Assembly: GCA_963716255.1 (NCBI GenBank)
Contig: OY970303.1
Location: 1,216,001 to 1,280,000, forward strand
DNA from: an uncultured Gemmatimonadales bacterium
Lineage (GTDB): Bacteria; Gemmatimonadota; Gemmatimonadetes; Longimicrobiales; Longimicrobiaceae
Length of the DNA stretch: 64,000 nucleotides
Direction: 5' to 3'
The stretch's first letter is position 1. Each line of letters opens with the position of its first letter. The notes beneath the pieces were generated by a model. It did no database searches. It saw nothing but the letters and a program-made list of their open reading frames with translations, and was not told the DNA's origin. Made by a program: the position numbers and the translations under genes. This document shows positions 10,853 to 21,500 of the stretch, one piece after another.

Positions 10853-11590
10853 ATGACCGAGCCGCTCGCGCCGCCCGTCGACCTCTTGGCCATCGCCGCC
10901 CACCGCGACGACGTGGAGCTCCTCTGCGGGGGAACCCTCGCCCGCGCCGCGGCGCAGGGGCACCGCACGGGAATCCTGGACCTGACGGCCGGGGAGCGCG
11001 GGACGGACGGGAGCGCGCAGCTCCGCGGCGAGGAGGCGGACGCGGCGGCGCGGGTGCTGGGGGTGGCGGCCCGCCGCAACGCCGGCTTCCCGGACGCGGG
11101 GCTGGAGAACACCCCCGCGACCCGCGGCGTGGTCGCCGGCTTCGTGCGCGCCTTCCGGCCGCGGGTGGTCATCCTTCCCTACACCAGCGGGCGCCACCCG
11201 GACCACCGCATCGCCTCGCAGCTCGCGTACGACGCCTGCTTCCTGGCGGGGCTGGCCCGGTTCGACGCGCCCGGCGAGCCGCACCGCCCGCACAAGCTGC
11301 TGTACGCGCTCACCTACCGGGAGGACCCGGTGAAGCCCACCTTCGTGGTGGACGTCACCGACTTCATGGAAACCAAGATGGAGGCGGTGCGCTGCTACTC
11401 GTCGCAGTTCGACGGCAAGACCTGGGGCGGCGAGATCTTTCCCGGCGGCGACCGGCCGCTGTACGACCAGGTGCGCATGCACGCGGCGCGCTACGGGTCG
11501 CTGATCCGCCGCGAGTACGGCGAGCCGTTCCACACGGTGGAGACCATGGAGGTGGACGACGTGATGGCGCTGGGCGTGCGCAGCATCTGA
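10853..11590 (+). CDS. bshB1: Bacillithiol biosynthesis deacetylase BshB1 (PIG-L family)
   Basis: DLLAIAAHRDDVEL.CGGTL, GILDLTAGE.GT.G, RHPDH, PTFVVDVT, YSSQF, YGEPF. Confidence 0.85.
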   Translation: MTEPLAPPVDLLAIAAHRDDVELLCGGTLARAAAQGHRTGILDLTAGERGTDGSAQLRGEEADAAARVLGVAARRNAGFPDAGLENTPATRGVVAGFVRAFRPRVVILPYTSGRHPDHRIASQLAYDACFLAGLARFDAPGEPHRPHKLLYALTYREDPVKPTFVVDVTDFMETKMEAVRCYSSQFDGKTWGGEIFPGGDRPLYDQVRMHAARYGSLIRREYGEPFHTVETMEVDDVMALGVRSI

Positions 11591-11838
11591 CGCCAGGTCC
11601 GGTTTGAGCGGGGGTTTGCGACGCCTGCTCCGGGCGTGCCCCGGCTCCTGGACCGTGCGCGAGGCCACGGGATCGTTGTCACCTGACAGATTGGCCTTTA
11701 CTGTACGTTTACTGTACGTTCGCCCCCTGCGCGCCGGGACACCGGCCACGCTCCCCCGGTGATGCGGCGAGCCGTTCGCCCCGCCGCCCTTCCGGCAGGG
11801 GTTTCCCCGGCGCTCCATCCGCACTCCAGGAGGTACCC

Positions 11839-12603
11839 ATGAGGAAGTCGCTGCGCGCACGCGCACTGCCGGCCATGCTCCTGCTCGCTGCGGGGTGCGG
11901 CCTGGCCGAGCGCACGCCCACGGAAGCGGACGGCGGGGTCCGGGGGGCCAGAACCGGCGCCCCGCCCACCGCCACGGCGATGTCCGTCTCGTCGCCCACC
12001 ATGGACATCCTGCCCACCACGATCAACTACACGACCACCAACCTCGTCCAGGTGCGCATCTACTCCTCGGCAGTCTTCGACGCGGCCACGATCACCCCTT
12101 CCACGGTGCGCTTCGTCATCGACGGGATCCTTTCCGGGGCTCCGGTAGCGACCTTTCCGGGCGGCGCCTACATGACTTCGGGGAGCGACCTGAACGGCGA
12201 CGGGCTCCTCGACAGGATCCTCCAGTTCCGCATGACCGACCTGAAGGCGGCCGGGCTGAACGGACCCAACCACCAGCTCGTGGTGCAGGGCCAGGCGGCG
12301 TCGGGGGCGTTCCAGGCGAGCGACCCGACGCCGCCGGCCATCGTCAACTTTCCCCCGGTCGCGGCTGCCACGATCACACCGGGAAGCGCCAGCATCGCGG
12401 TGGGAGGCACGGTTGACCTGGATGTGCAGCTGTTCTCGGCAGGGAGCGCGCCGGCCACGGGACGGGTCGTGACCTGGAGCAGCCTGGACGCGGCCGCCAC
12501 GGTGGACGCGAGCGGAGTGGTGACCGGACAGGCGGCGGGCCTGGCTCGCATCGTCGCCACGGCCGAGAGCAGAGCCGACACCGCCGAGGTCACGGTGAGC
12601 TAG
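11839..12603 (+). CDS. Lipoprotein with a DxNGDG Ca-binding-like loop and a C-terminal Big_2-type Ig-like domain
   Basis: AGGAGG RBS; lipobox LAAGC; DLNGDGLLD; VTWSSLDAAATVDASGVVTG. Closely similar to the segment of the large adhesin encoded at ~19370-19975. Confidence 0.8.
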   Translation: MRKSLRARALPAMLLLAAGCGLAERTPTEADGGVRGARTGAPPTATAMSVSSPTMDILPTTINYTTTNLVQVRIYSSAVFDAATITPSTVRFVIDGILSGAPVATFPGGAYMTSGSDLNGDGLLDRILQFRMTDLKAAGLNGPNHQLVVQGQAASGAFQASDPTPPAIVNFPPVAAATITPGSASIAVGGTVDLDVQLFSAGSAPATGRVVTWSSLDAAATVDASGVVTGQAAGLARIVATAESRADTAEVTVS

Positions 12604-12879
12604 CGGTGGGCGGGCCTTCCGCCGCGCGAACGGTACGGCGCAGGGACGCCGGGCGGAGGCGGCATCCGACGCTTCCGTCCGGGCTTCCGCCAGGCCACGA
12701 CAGGGCGCCGCCACCGTATTGACGGACTGCTGCCGTACCCGACCAGCCACGTCTCATCCGGTTTGTCCTGACCCCTTCCGCGCGCGGCGGGCATCCATCA
12801 TATTCTGAGCTGGCCTTTCGGCCGGAACCCACTCGCCTTCCCCCAGGCAATTCCCACCGGGTTCTTTCTCTCCCGCTGC

Positions 12880-12956
12880 TTTCGACAAAGGCACCCCGGC
12901 CGCGAGGCCGGTCCGCAAAGCCAAGGATCTCGCTCGAGACTGCCTGGCTCCCGAAC
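12880..12956 (+). promoter_or_regulatory. Cyclic-di-GMP-I (GEMM-I) riboswitch
   Basis: TTCG-ACAAA-GGCACC-CCGGCC-GCGA-GGCCGG-TCCGCAAAGCC-...-GGCTCCCGAA. Has the GNRA-capped P2, GCAAAG junction, P3 and P1 (TTCG/CGAA), about 60 nt upstream of the adhesin ATG. Confidence 0.85.
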
Positions 12957-13019
12957 TAGAGGCGGCACCCCTGTCCCCGCTCCCGCGGGGACGAACCTCG
13001 TTCGGAGGAACGTCGAACC

Positions 13020-16000
13020 ATGCTACGTCTCAACCGGATCCTGTGCACCGCCGCCGTCCTGGTGACCGCGGCGTGCAGCGGCGACTCGCCGTCGCCGGTC
13101 GCGCCCACGGACGCTCCCTCCCGGGAAATCCTGGACGCGGCCCGCTCACCCCTGGTGCAGGGCTTCTACTGGCTGCCGCCCCTGGTGAAGAACCCCAGCT
13201 TCTCCGGGACCTTCGACCCGAACGTCTCGCCCACCGTGCAGGTGTGCGAGCTGGCGGGGACGCCCCCCAGCACCTGCACCGCCAACATCGTCGCGCAGTT
13301 CACCAAGACGAGCGGCACCGGCGGCCAGGTGGTCACGGTGAGCACCGGGGACCAGCACTACAAGGCCAACTGGCACACCGACCTGTCCAACCTGAACACC
13401 GCCAAGTTCTACCGCATCTCGGTGTTCGTGGGCGCCACGGAGCTGGGCCACGCCGACGTGGACCCGGTGAACTCGGGCAAGGAGCTCAAGAACGTGGACA
13501 CGGACGAGCTCATCCCGCTCCTGGACGGGCGCACGCTCCCCATCAAGTTCCGCATCGAGATCGGCGCCGGTCCCACGCAGCGCGCCCCCGCGGCGCAGGC
13601 CGACGCGTACGGCACCGTGGAAAACACGGCGCTCACCGTCCCCGACGGCGCCACGGACCTGCTGGCCAACGACAACCTGGGCGTGCCCGCGGCGACGCTG
13701 ACCTCCTTCGGCGGGGGCTCGCTGGGCGGCGCCGTGACCGACCACGCGGCCGGCACCACCGCCACCTTCGGCAGCGGCGGCTCGCTGACCGTGAACGCGA
13801 ACGGCAGCTTCACCTTCACCCCGGCGAGCGGCTTCAGCGGGAGCTTCAGCTTCGTCTACCGCATCACCAACGCGGCGGGGACCTCGGACGCGACGGTGAC
13901 GCTGACCGTCAACGCGCGGCCCACCGCCGTGGACGACGCGCCGGCGGCGGGAAGCGCGCCGGGCGACCCCTACCACGCCCCGTTCAACTCGGCGCTCAGC
14001 CTCGCCGCGCCGGGCATCCTCCAGAACGACGTGCTAGGCAGCCCCCCGGCGACGGTGGCCTCCTTCGGGGGCGGCTCGCTCGGCGGGACGGTGACGGACC
14101 ACGCGGCCGGGAGCAGCGCCAGCTTCGGCAGCGGCGGCTCGCTGTCCGTGAACGCGGACGGCAGCCTGGTGTTCACCCCCAGCGCTGGCTTCACCGGCCT
14201 GTTCACCTTCGAGTACCGCATCGCCAACGTCGTGGACTCCGACGTGGGGCAGGTCACCATCGCCGTGGGCACCCGCCCGGCGGCGGCCGATGACACGTAC
14301 GGGCCCACGCTGGTGGGCAACGTGCCGGTGAACACGGCCACCAGCAGCGGCTTCAGCGTCCGGGCCAACGACGCCGGCGACGGGGCCACGCTGGCGCTGA
14401 CCTCGGTGAGCAACGGGACGGCGATCCTGAACCTGGCCACGGGTACCTTCAGCTTCGACCCGGCGCCGGGCTACGAGGGACCGGCTGGCTTCAGCTACAG
14501 CGTGACCAACGGCTTCGGGACGGTGACCGCCTCGGTGTCGCTGAACGTGAGCGGGATGGTGTGGTTCATCGACAACGGCGGGGCGGCGGGGAGCGGGACG
14601 CTGAGCTCGCCGTTCGGCTCCATCGCCGCCTTCAACGCGGTCAACGACGGCGCCGGCATCCACCCGGCGGCCAGCGACAACGTCTTCATCCACGAGAGCG
14701 GCACCAGCTACACCGGGCCGCTGGCGCTCCTGGACGGGCAGCGGGTGATCGGGCAGGACGCCACGGCGAGCCTGGCGTCGCTCACGGGGCTCGCGTTCCC
14801 GGCCGACAGCCCCGTCCCGGCGACCGATTCCGGCAACGCCGTGGTGGTCAACATCGTCAGCGCGGCGAACGGGATCGACCTGGCGCAGAACAACTCCCTG
14901 CACGGCCTGCGAGTGGGGAACACCACCGGGACCGGGATCGCCGGCACGGGCTTCGGCACGCTGACGGTGAGCGACGTCACCGTGAACACCACCGGGCAGG
15001 CGCTCGCGCTGAGCGGCGGCTCGCTGGCGGCGGACTTCAACGGCGTCAGCTCCAGCGGGGGCGCTGTGAACGTGGCCCTGACGAACGTGGGCGGCACCGG
15101 GAACCTGGGGACCGGCGCGCTCTCGGGGAGCAGCACGGCGGCCTTCCAGGTGCAGGGCGGGAGCGGCACGCTCTCCTACGCCGGGAGCATCGCCAGCACC
15201 ACGGGCCGCTCGGTCGCCGTTTCGGGCCGGAGCGGCGGGTCGGTGACCCTGTCGGGCGCCATCGCCGATTCGGGCACAGGCATCGTGGTGCAAAACAACA
15301 CGGGCGGCACCATCGCCTTCACGGGCGCGTCCAAGGCGGTCGCCACCGGCGCCGGCGCGGGCGTGACGCTCACCGACAACACCGGCGCGACGGTGCAGTT
15401 CGCGGGCGGCGGGCTGGCGATCTCCACCACCACCGGGGCGGGCTTCAGCGCCACGGGCGGCGGCACGGTGCAGGTGACCGGCGCCAACAACACCATCGTC
15501 TCCGCGGGCGGGGTGGCGCTGAACGTGGCGAACACCGGCATCGGGGCCAGCGGGATCACTTTCCGCAGCATCAGCGCGAACGGCGGGACCAGCGGCATCG
15601 TGCTGAACGGCACGGGCTCCGCCAACGGGCTCAACGTCACCGGGAGCGGCGCGGCGGGCTCGGGCGGGACGATCGCGAACACCTCCGGGCCGGGAATCTC
15701 GCTCCAGGGCACGACCAGCCCCTCCTTCGCCTGGATCTCCTTGCAGAATACTGGCGGGAGCGGGGTGCAGGGGACCGGGGTGGTCAACTTCACGCTGGCC
15801 GGGAGCACGGTCACCGGCTCCGGATCGGCGGGCGACGACGCCAACCTGGACTTCTTCGCAGGCGCGGCGCCCGGGTCGGAGAACAACCTTTCGGGGACGG
15901 TGAGCATCACCGGCAACACGCTCTCGGCTCCGCGCCACCACAACGTGGACATCCAGAACTGGAGCGGCACCATCTCCAGCCTGGACATCTCGGACAACGT

Positions 16001-16907
16001 GCTGACCAACACCTCCACCCTGGGCGGGAGCGGGATCCGGGTGCTGGCGCTCGGCTCGGCCGGGTCGGCGGCGAAGATCACCCGGGCGACCATCGACGAC
16101 AACCAGGTCAACCAGGTTCCCTCCGGCGTCGGGGTGCTCGTGCAGTGCGGCAACACCGCGTCCGCGGGGCCGGCGGGCGAGTGCGGCACCGCGGGGAGCG
16201 CCACGGACGTGATCGCGGTGACCAACAACCAGGTCCACGGGCTGAGCGCGGCGAGCCGGATCGGCGCGGAGGGGGTGGTCGCGACGCTGAACGGGCGCGG
16301 CCAGGCCAACTTCAACGTTGCCGGCAACGACGTGCGCAACACCACCGGCCGCGCCATGGCGGTGTCGGTCTTCGGGCAGGGGCGCATGACGTCCGTCGTC
16401 AGCGGGAACACCGTGGTCGCCAACAACGCCTTCGGCGCGACGGGGATCGAGGTGGGCGCGGACAGCACGGCCGGGCTGCCGAGCTTCGCCAGCCACCGAG
16501 CCACGGTGACGGGCAACAACGTCAGCCAGACCGACGGGGTGGGGATCTACGCCATCGCGCGCGCTTCCAGCGACACCCTGCTGGTGAAGATGCAGAACAA
16601 CACCGTGGCGGCCCCGCTCTCGGGGATCCGCCCGGGGATCCGCGTCGACTCCGGCAGCACGCTGGGGAACACCACCGTGTGCCTTAACGCGTCCGGCAAC
16701 ACCAGCGCGGGAAGCGGCGGCTCGGCGGGCTTCGGCGTGCGCAAGCAGGGGACGAACCCGGCGGTGAACGTCTTCGGGATCTCGGGGATCGGCAGCCCCA
16801 CCCCGACCAACGCCGACGTGGTCGCCTATCTGAACGGGCAGAACCCGGCGGCCGGCGGGACGGTGATCCTGTCCGGGAGCGGCTACACGAGCTGCTCGCT
16901 GCCCTGA
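13020..16907 (+). CDS. Surface lipoprotein adhesin: about three Big_9/cadherin-like Ig repeats plus a C-terminal parallel beta-helix region
   Basis: GGAGG RBS; lipobox TAAC; AxxDxY...LLAND...GSLTVNANGSFTFTP repeats; G/T/S/N-rich beta-helix-type sequence. Confidence 0.85.
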   Translation: MLRLNRILCTAAVLVTAACSGDSPSPVAPTDAPSREILDAARSPLVQGFYWLPPLVKNPSFSGTFDPNVSPTVQVCELAGTPPSTCTANIVAQFTKTSGTGGQVVTVSTGDQHYKANWHTDLSNLNTAKFYRISVFVGATELGHADVDPVNSGKELKNVDTDELIPLLDGRTLPIKFRIEIGAGPTQRAPAAQADAYGTVENTALTVPDGATDLLANDNLGVPAATLTSFGGGSLGGAVTDHAAGTTATFGSGGSLTVNANGSFTFTPASGFSGSFSFVYRITNAAGTSDATVTLTVNARPTAVDDAPAAGSAPGDPYHAPFNSALSLAAPGILQNDVLGSPPATVASFGGGSLGGTVTDHAAGSSASFGSGGSLSVNADGSLVFTPSAGFTGLFTFEYRIANVVDSDVGQVTIAVGTRPAAADDTYGPTLVGNVPVNTATSSGFSVRANDAGDGATLALTSVSNGTAILNLATGTFSFDPAPGYEGPAGFSYSVTNGFGTVTASVSLNVSGMVWFIDNGGAAGSGTLSSPFGSIAAFNAVNDGAGIHPAASDNVFIHESGTSYTGPLALLDGQRVIGQDATASLASLTGLAFPADSPVPATDSGNAVVVNIVSAANGIDLAQNNSLHGLRVGNTTGTGIAGTGFGTLTVSDVTVNTTGQALALSGGSLAADFNGVSSSGGAVNVALTNVGGTGNLGTGALSGSSTAAFQVQGGSGTLSYAGSIASTTGRSVAVSGRSGGSVTLSGAIADSGTGIVVQNNTGGTIAFTGASKAVATGAGAGVTLTDNTGATVQFAGGGLAISTTTGAGFSATGGGTVQVTGANNTIVSAGGVALNVANTGIGASGITFRSISANGGTSGIVLNGTGSANGLNVTGSGAAGSGGTIANTSGPGISLQGTTSPSFAWISLQNTGGSGVQGTGVVNFTLAGSTVTGSGSAGDDANLDFFAGAAPGSENNLSGTVSITGNTLSAPRHHNVDIQNWSGTISSLDISDNVLTNTSTLGGSGIRVLALGSAGSAAKITRATIDDNQVNQVPSGVGVLVQCGNTASAGPAGECGTAGSATDVIAVTNNQVHGLSAASRIGAEGVVATLNGRGQANFNVAGNDVRNTTGRAMAVSVFGQGRMTSVVSGNTVVANNAFGATGIEVGADSTAGLPSFASHRATVTGNNVSQTDGVGIYAIARASSDTLLVKMQNNTVAAPLSGIRPGIRVDSGSTLGNTTVCLNASGNTSAGSGGSAGFGVRKQGTNPAVNVFGISGIGSPTPTNADVVAYLNGQNPAAGGTVILSGSGYTSCSLP

Positions 16908-16915
16908 GGCAGCGG

Positions 16916-16996
16916 CCGGGCGCGAGCGATCCGCTCGCGCCCGGACCGGGGAGTTCGGGGAGCGCCGCCCGGGGGATCCCTCCGGGCGGCGCTTCC
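16916..16996 (+). terminator. Two GC-rich hairpins downstream of the adhesin
   Basis: CCGGGCGCGAGCG-ATC-CGCTCGCGCCCGG and GGAGCGCCGCCCGG...CCGGGCGGCGCTTCC; no U-tail. Confidence 0.45.
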
Positions 16997-17353
16997 TCGT
17001 CCAGGGGCGCCGCGGCGCTGTCGCGGGTGCGCAACAGCCCGTCACGCGTTTGCACCTCGCGGAAAATCCAGACGCGGCCTGGCGTCCGGCTGCGCCGCCG
17101 CGGCAGGTGGGGCACGAAGTTGCGACACCGGCGCTACATCTCCCCGGAATCGGCACACGCGACGGTGGGGGCAAATAACCTTAAAACGTTTTCCGACAAA
17201 GATTTCCTGCGCCACGTAAAGTGTCCCTGCACGTGGCCGCGGTTTTGCGTTCCGCCCCCGCTTCGTAGGGTCCTGGACGACCCGCAGCTTCCCGCGTGGC
17301 GGCCCTTCCGGGCACGCATGCGGTTTTTCCGCTTCACATCGTCTTTTCGTCAC

Positions 17354-17431
17354 CTTCCGACAAAGGCACCCCGGCCGTGAGGCCGGTCCGCAAAGCCACG
17401 GGTCTCGCTGAGATCGCCGGGCTACCGAAGA
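17354..17431 (+). promoter_or_regulatory. Cyclic-di-GMP-I (GEMM-I) riboswitch, second copy
   Basis: CAAAGGCACCCCGGCC-GTGA-GGCCGGTCCGCAAAGCCACGGGTCTCGCTGAGATCGCCGGGCTACCGAAG; matches the GEMM-I pattern including GCAAAGCC..GGGTCT and GGCTACCG. Confidence 0.9.
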
Positions 17432-17479
17432 GGGCACCGCCGGCACGATCGCCGGCCACGTCCTGCCTGAGGTAATCCG

Positions 17480-17749
17480 ATGAGGCACCTGGCGCTCTCC
17501 GCGATCGCAGCCCTCGCCCTGCTGGCGGGCTGCAAGGACCAGCCCAAACAGACCCCCACCGAGCCCACCGCCTCCGTCGTCTCGGCGCAGGTCAGGGTCC
17601 CCGCGCAGGAAGGTGAGTCGACGCTGTGCGCGGCGTACCGCAAGCGGCTCGGCGAGTCGCGCGCGGCACTCGCCCGCACCGACGGCGACGAGTCGCTGCG
17701 GGAAGCGGTCGCCACGTACGAAGCGGTCATCGCCGACGCCTGCCCCTGA
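17480..17749 (+). CDS. Small lipoprotein, hypothetical
   Basis: GAGG RBS; lipobox LAGC; two further Cys (LCAAY, DACP) bracket a helical hairpin. Confidence 0.75.
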   Translation: MRHLALSAIAALALLAGCKDQPKQTPTEPTASVVSAQVRVPAQEGESTLCAAYRKRLGESRAALARTDGDESLREAVATYEAVIADACP

Positions 17750-17851
17750 GAGGTTCCCGAGCCTGGCAGCCCCCCGCGGGCTGCCGGGCTCGGTCGCGTT
17801 TCCAGGAAGGTTCGCTCCTCTTCCAACCCACCCCAGAAAGAGCTTTAGACC

Positions 17852-18442
17852 ATGCGATCCCGCTTCGTTTCTGCAGCACGTGTCCTTGCCGCGTCGCTGG
17901 TGCTGACCGCCGCGCTGGGCGCGCCGGCGAGATCCCAGACCTTTCCGTCCACGTCCCACGCGGACTGCAACACGGACCCCGGGACCGGCTGCCAGTCGGT
18001 GGACTTCTTCTTCACGCTCCTGGGGGCCGGCGCCTCGGCGTCGGTCAACATGTTCACGATCTCGCTGCTGGGGGACGGGTGGTTCTTCTCGGCCCTGCAG
18101 GCCGGCGAGGCGGAGGACATCAACGACTTCAACTTCTACGACGGCGTCGTGAGCGCCGACGGGCGCACGCTGACGGGGAACTTCGCCTTCGAGGTGTTCC
18201 TGGACCCGACGCTCCGCATCCGCGCCGAGTTCGACCACGCCCCGGACGCCTTCCCCAACACCGAATCGCTCTCGTACAGCTACTCCCTCTTCGACGACCA
18301 GGAGCTGGTCGCGGCGGGGCAGGTGCCGAACGAGGTCGTGCCGGAGCCCGTGAGCATGGTGCTCCTGGGGACCGGCCTGGCCGGCGTGGCGGCCGCCCGC
18401 CGCAGACGGCGCCGCCAGGACGAGGACGAAGCCGCCGCCTAA
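17852..18442 (+). CDS. PEP-CTERM sorting-domain protein (exosortase substrate)
   Basis: Signal peptide plus C-terminal VVPEPVSMVLLGTGLAGVAAARRRRRR. Confidence 0.9.
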   Translation: MRSRFVSAARVLAASLVLTAALGAPARSQTFPSTSHADCNTDPGTGCQSVDFFFTLLGAGASASVNMFTISLLGDGWFFSALQAGEAEDINDFNFYDGVVSADGRTLTGNFAFEVFLDPTLRIRAEFDHAPDAFPNTESLSYSYSLFDDQELVAAGQVPNEVVPEPVSMVLLGTGLAGVAAARRRRRRQDEDEAAA

Positions 18443-18532
18443 CCTCCGCGCGGCCTGCAGGACCGGCGGCTCCAGCGAGCCGCCGTCACCCATCCGCGGC
18501 ACTCACCGCCGACGCCTGAAACCGAGGTCAAG

Positions 18533-21500
18533 ATGCGCCGTTCAATATATCTGACATTTTCACTCCTGGCGGCCACGATCGGGCTGTCGCTGGGGGCTTC
18601 CCAGCTGGCCGCGCAGAAGGCGCTGGTGGTGTGTCCCCCTCGGACGCGGCCGGGTGCGAGCGAGTGGCCCAGACGCTCGGCGCGGCCAAGCGCGGCGGGA
18701 CGCCCGTCTTCCCCGGCGGGGTGGCCCGGCGGTTCCAGGAGCTCAGGACCATGGCGCCCGAGGAGATGGCGACGTACTCGGTGGTGTTCGTCCCCTCCCT
18801 CGCCAACGCGCCGTACGACCTGCTCCGCGCGGAGGAGGTGTCCGGGAGGCTGAGCCTGGTGGTGACGGGTCGTATCGCCGTCTGGTCCGGCTCGCCGGAC
18901 CGGGGGCGGGTGGACGGCAAGAGCTCCGGCAAGCTCGACCTCATCGTCAACCTGGCCCGCTGGGCCGCGGCCGACTACCGGCGCAGCGGGACAGGGATGG
19001 TGGTGCTGCAGGACTTCTCCGATCCCGCGCCGGGCGGGGCCTCCCGCCGCTACGACTGGATCCCGGACATCGCGGGGGTGCGGGTCGTGGCTTCCGCGGA
19101 CGAGCGGACGTACAAGGAAGTGAGGAAGACCTCCTCCAACCCCGCCGCCGACCAGATCGCGGGCTCCCTGGGCTATGACAACATGGCCTCGTTCGGCCTC
19201 GTGGCCCCGGTCGGCCCGGTCCGCATCGGCGCGGTGGGTGCGGTGGGTGCGGGCGGGAACCAGAAGGACGGCGCCCCCATCCTCCTGACCTTCGACCCCC
19301 TCGCGGGGGCGAGGGCTCCCGGCGCGTCGTTCTCGGTCTCGTCCACGACGGCCTTCGCGGTGGCCTCCACGCCGTCCATCGACATCCTTCCGTCCACCAT
19401 CAACTACAACACGACCAACCTGGTCCAGGTACGCGTCTTTTCCTCGGTCAGCTTCGACGCGGCCTCCATCGATCCCGCCACGGTCCGCTTCGTCGTGGAC
19501 AGCGTCCTTCCCGGGGCCCCGGTCGGGACCTTTGCGTCCGGCCTTTACATGGCGTCGGTGAGCGACCTGAACGGCGACGGGCTCCCGGACCGGAACCTCC
19601 AGTTCCGCATGACCGACCTGAAGGCGGCCGGGCTGAGCGGCCCCAACCACCTGTTCGTGGTGCAGGGACAGGCGGCGTCGGGGCCGTTCCAGGCGAGCGA
19701 TCCTTCGCCGCCGCCGGTCGTCAGCTACCCTGCCGTCACCCAGGTGAAGATCGTACCCGACAGCGCCACCGTCGCGGTGGGCGACACGGTGGACCTGGAC
19801 GTGCAGCTGTTCGCGGGCAGCACGCCCGTTTCGGGGCGGATCGTGGTGTGGAGCAGCCTGGACGCGGCGGCGACCGTGAACTCGAGCGGCCTGGTGACCG
19901 GGCAGTCGGCCGGCAGCGCCCGCATCGTCGCGACCAGCGAGGGCAAGGCCGACACGGCGATCGTCACGGTGACGGGGGCGGCGGGCACGGCGCCCACCGC
20001 GGTGGCGGACAGCTACAGCGCGTCCGCCGGGACCACGCTCACGGTGCCGGACGGAGCCACCGACCTGCTGGCCAACGACGCGCTGGGCTCCCCGGCGGCG
20101 ACGCTGGTCAGCTTCGGCGGCGGCTCGCTCGGCGGCGCGGTGACGGACCACGCGGCCGGGAGCACCGCGACCTTCGGCACCGGCGGCTCGCTCACGGTCA
20201 ACGCCAACGGCAGCTTCACCTTCACCCCGGCCACCGGGTTCACGGGGAGCTTCACCTTCCAGTACCGCATCACCAACGCCTCGGGCAGTTCGGACGCGAC
20301 GGTGACCATCAGCGTCACCGCGACCGGGGTCGCGCCCTCGGCGGTGGCGGACGTGTACAGCACCCCGGCGGGGACGACGCTGACCGTCCCGGACAGCACC
20401 ACCGACCTGCTGGCCAACGACAACCTGGGCACCCCGGCGGCGACGCTGGTCAGCTTCGGCGGCGGCTCGCTCGGCGGCGCGGTGACCGACCACGCGGCCG
20501 GGAGCACCGCGACCTTCGGCACCGGTGGCTCGCTCACGGTCAACGCCAACGGCAGCTTCTCGTTCACGCCGGCCACGGGGTTCACGGGAGCGTTCACCTT
20601 CCAGTACCGCATCACCAACCCCTCGGGGAGCTCGGACGCGACCGTCACCATCAACGTGAACGGGGCGGCTCCCTCCGCGGTGGCCGACGCGTACAACGTC
20701 GCGGCCGGCGGGACGCTGACCGTTCCCGACGGTGCCACCGACCTGCTGGGCAACGACGCGCTGGGAACTCCGGCGGCGACGCTGGTCAGCTTCGGCGGCG
20801 GCTCGCTCGGCGGCGCCGTGACGGACCGTGCGGCCGGGACCACCGCGACCTTCGGCACCGGCGGCTCGCTCACGGTCAACGCCAACGGCAGCTTCACCTT
20901 CACCCCGGCAACCGGGTTCACGGGGAGCTTCACCTTCCAGTACCGCATCACCAACAGCTCGGGCAGCTCGGATGCGACGGTGACCATCACCGTGAACGGC
21001 ACCGGCCCGACCGCGAACAACGACGCCTACACCGTGGCCGCCGGAGCGACGCTGACGGTGCCCGACGGGGCCACGGACGTCCTCGCCAACGACTCGCTGG
21101 GCAACCCGGCCGCGACGCTGGTCAGCTTTGGCGGGGGCTCGCTGGGAGGCGCGGTGACGGACCGCGCGGCGGGCGCCACCGCCACCTTCGGCACGGGCGG
21201 CTCCCTCACGGTGAACGCGAACGGCAGCTTCACCTTCACCCCGAGCGCCGGCTTCGTGGGGAGCTTCACCTTCCAGTACCGCATCACCAACGCCGCCGGC
21301 AGCTCGGACGGCACCGTCACCATCACCGTGACGGGCACGGCGCCCACCGCGGTGGCCGACCCGGGCTACTTCGTCAACTCCGGCTCCACGCTCAGCGTGC
21401 CCGCCGGGACCGGCGTGCTCGCCAACGACAACCGCGGCAATCCGCTCGCGAACGTCACCAGCTTCGGCGGGGGCTCGCTGGGCGGCGCGGTGACCGACCG

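Noticed and set aside
12880..17431. cGAMP-sensing (GEMM-Ib) assignment for the riboswitches
   Set aside because: Both have G, not A, at the G20-equivalent position.
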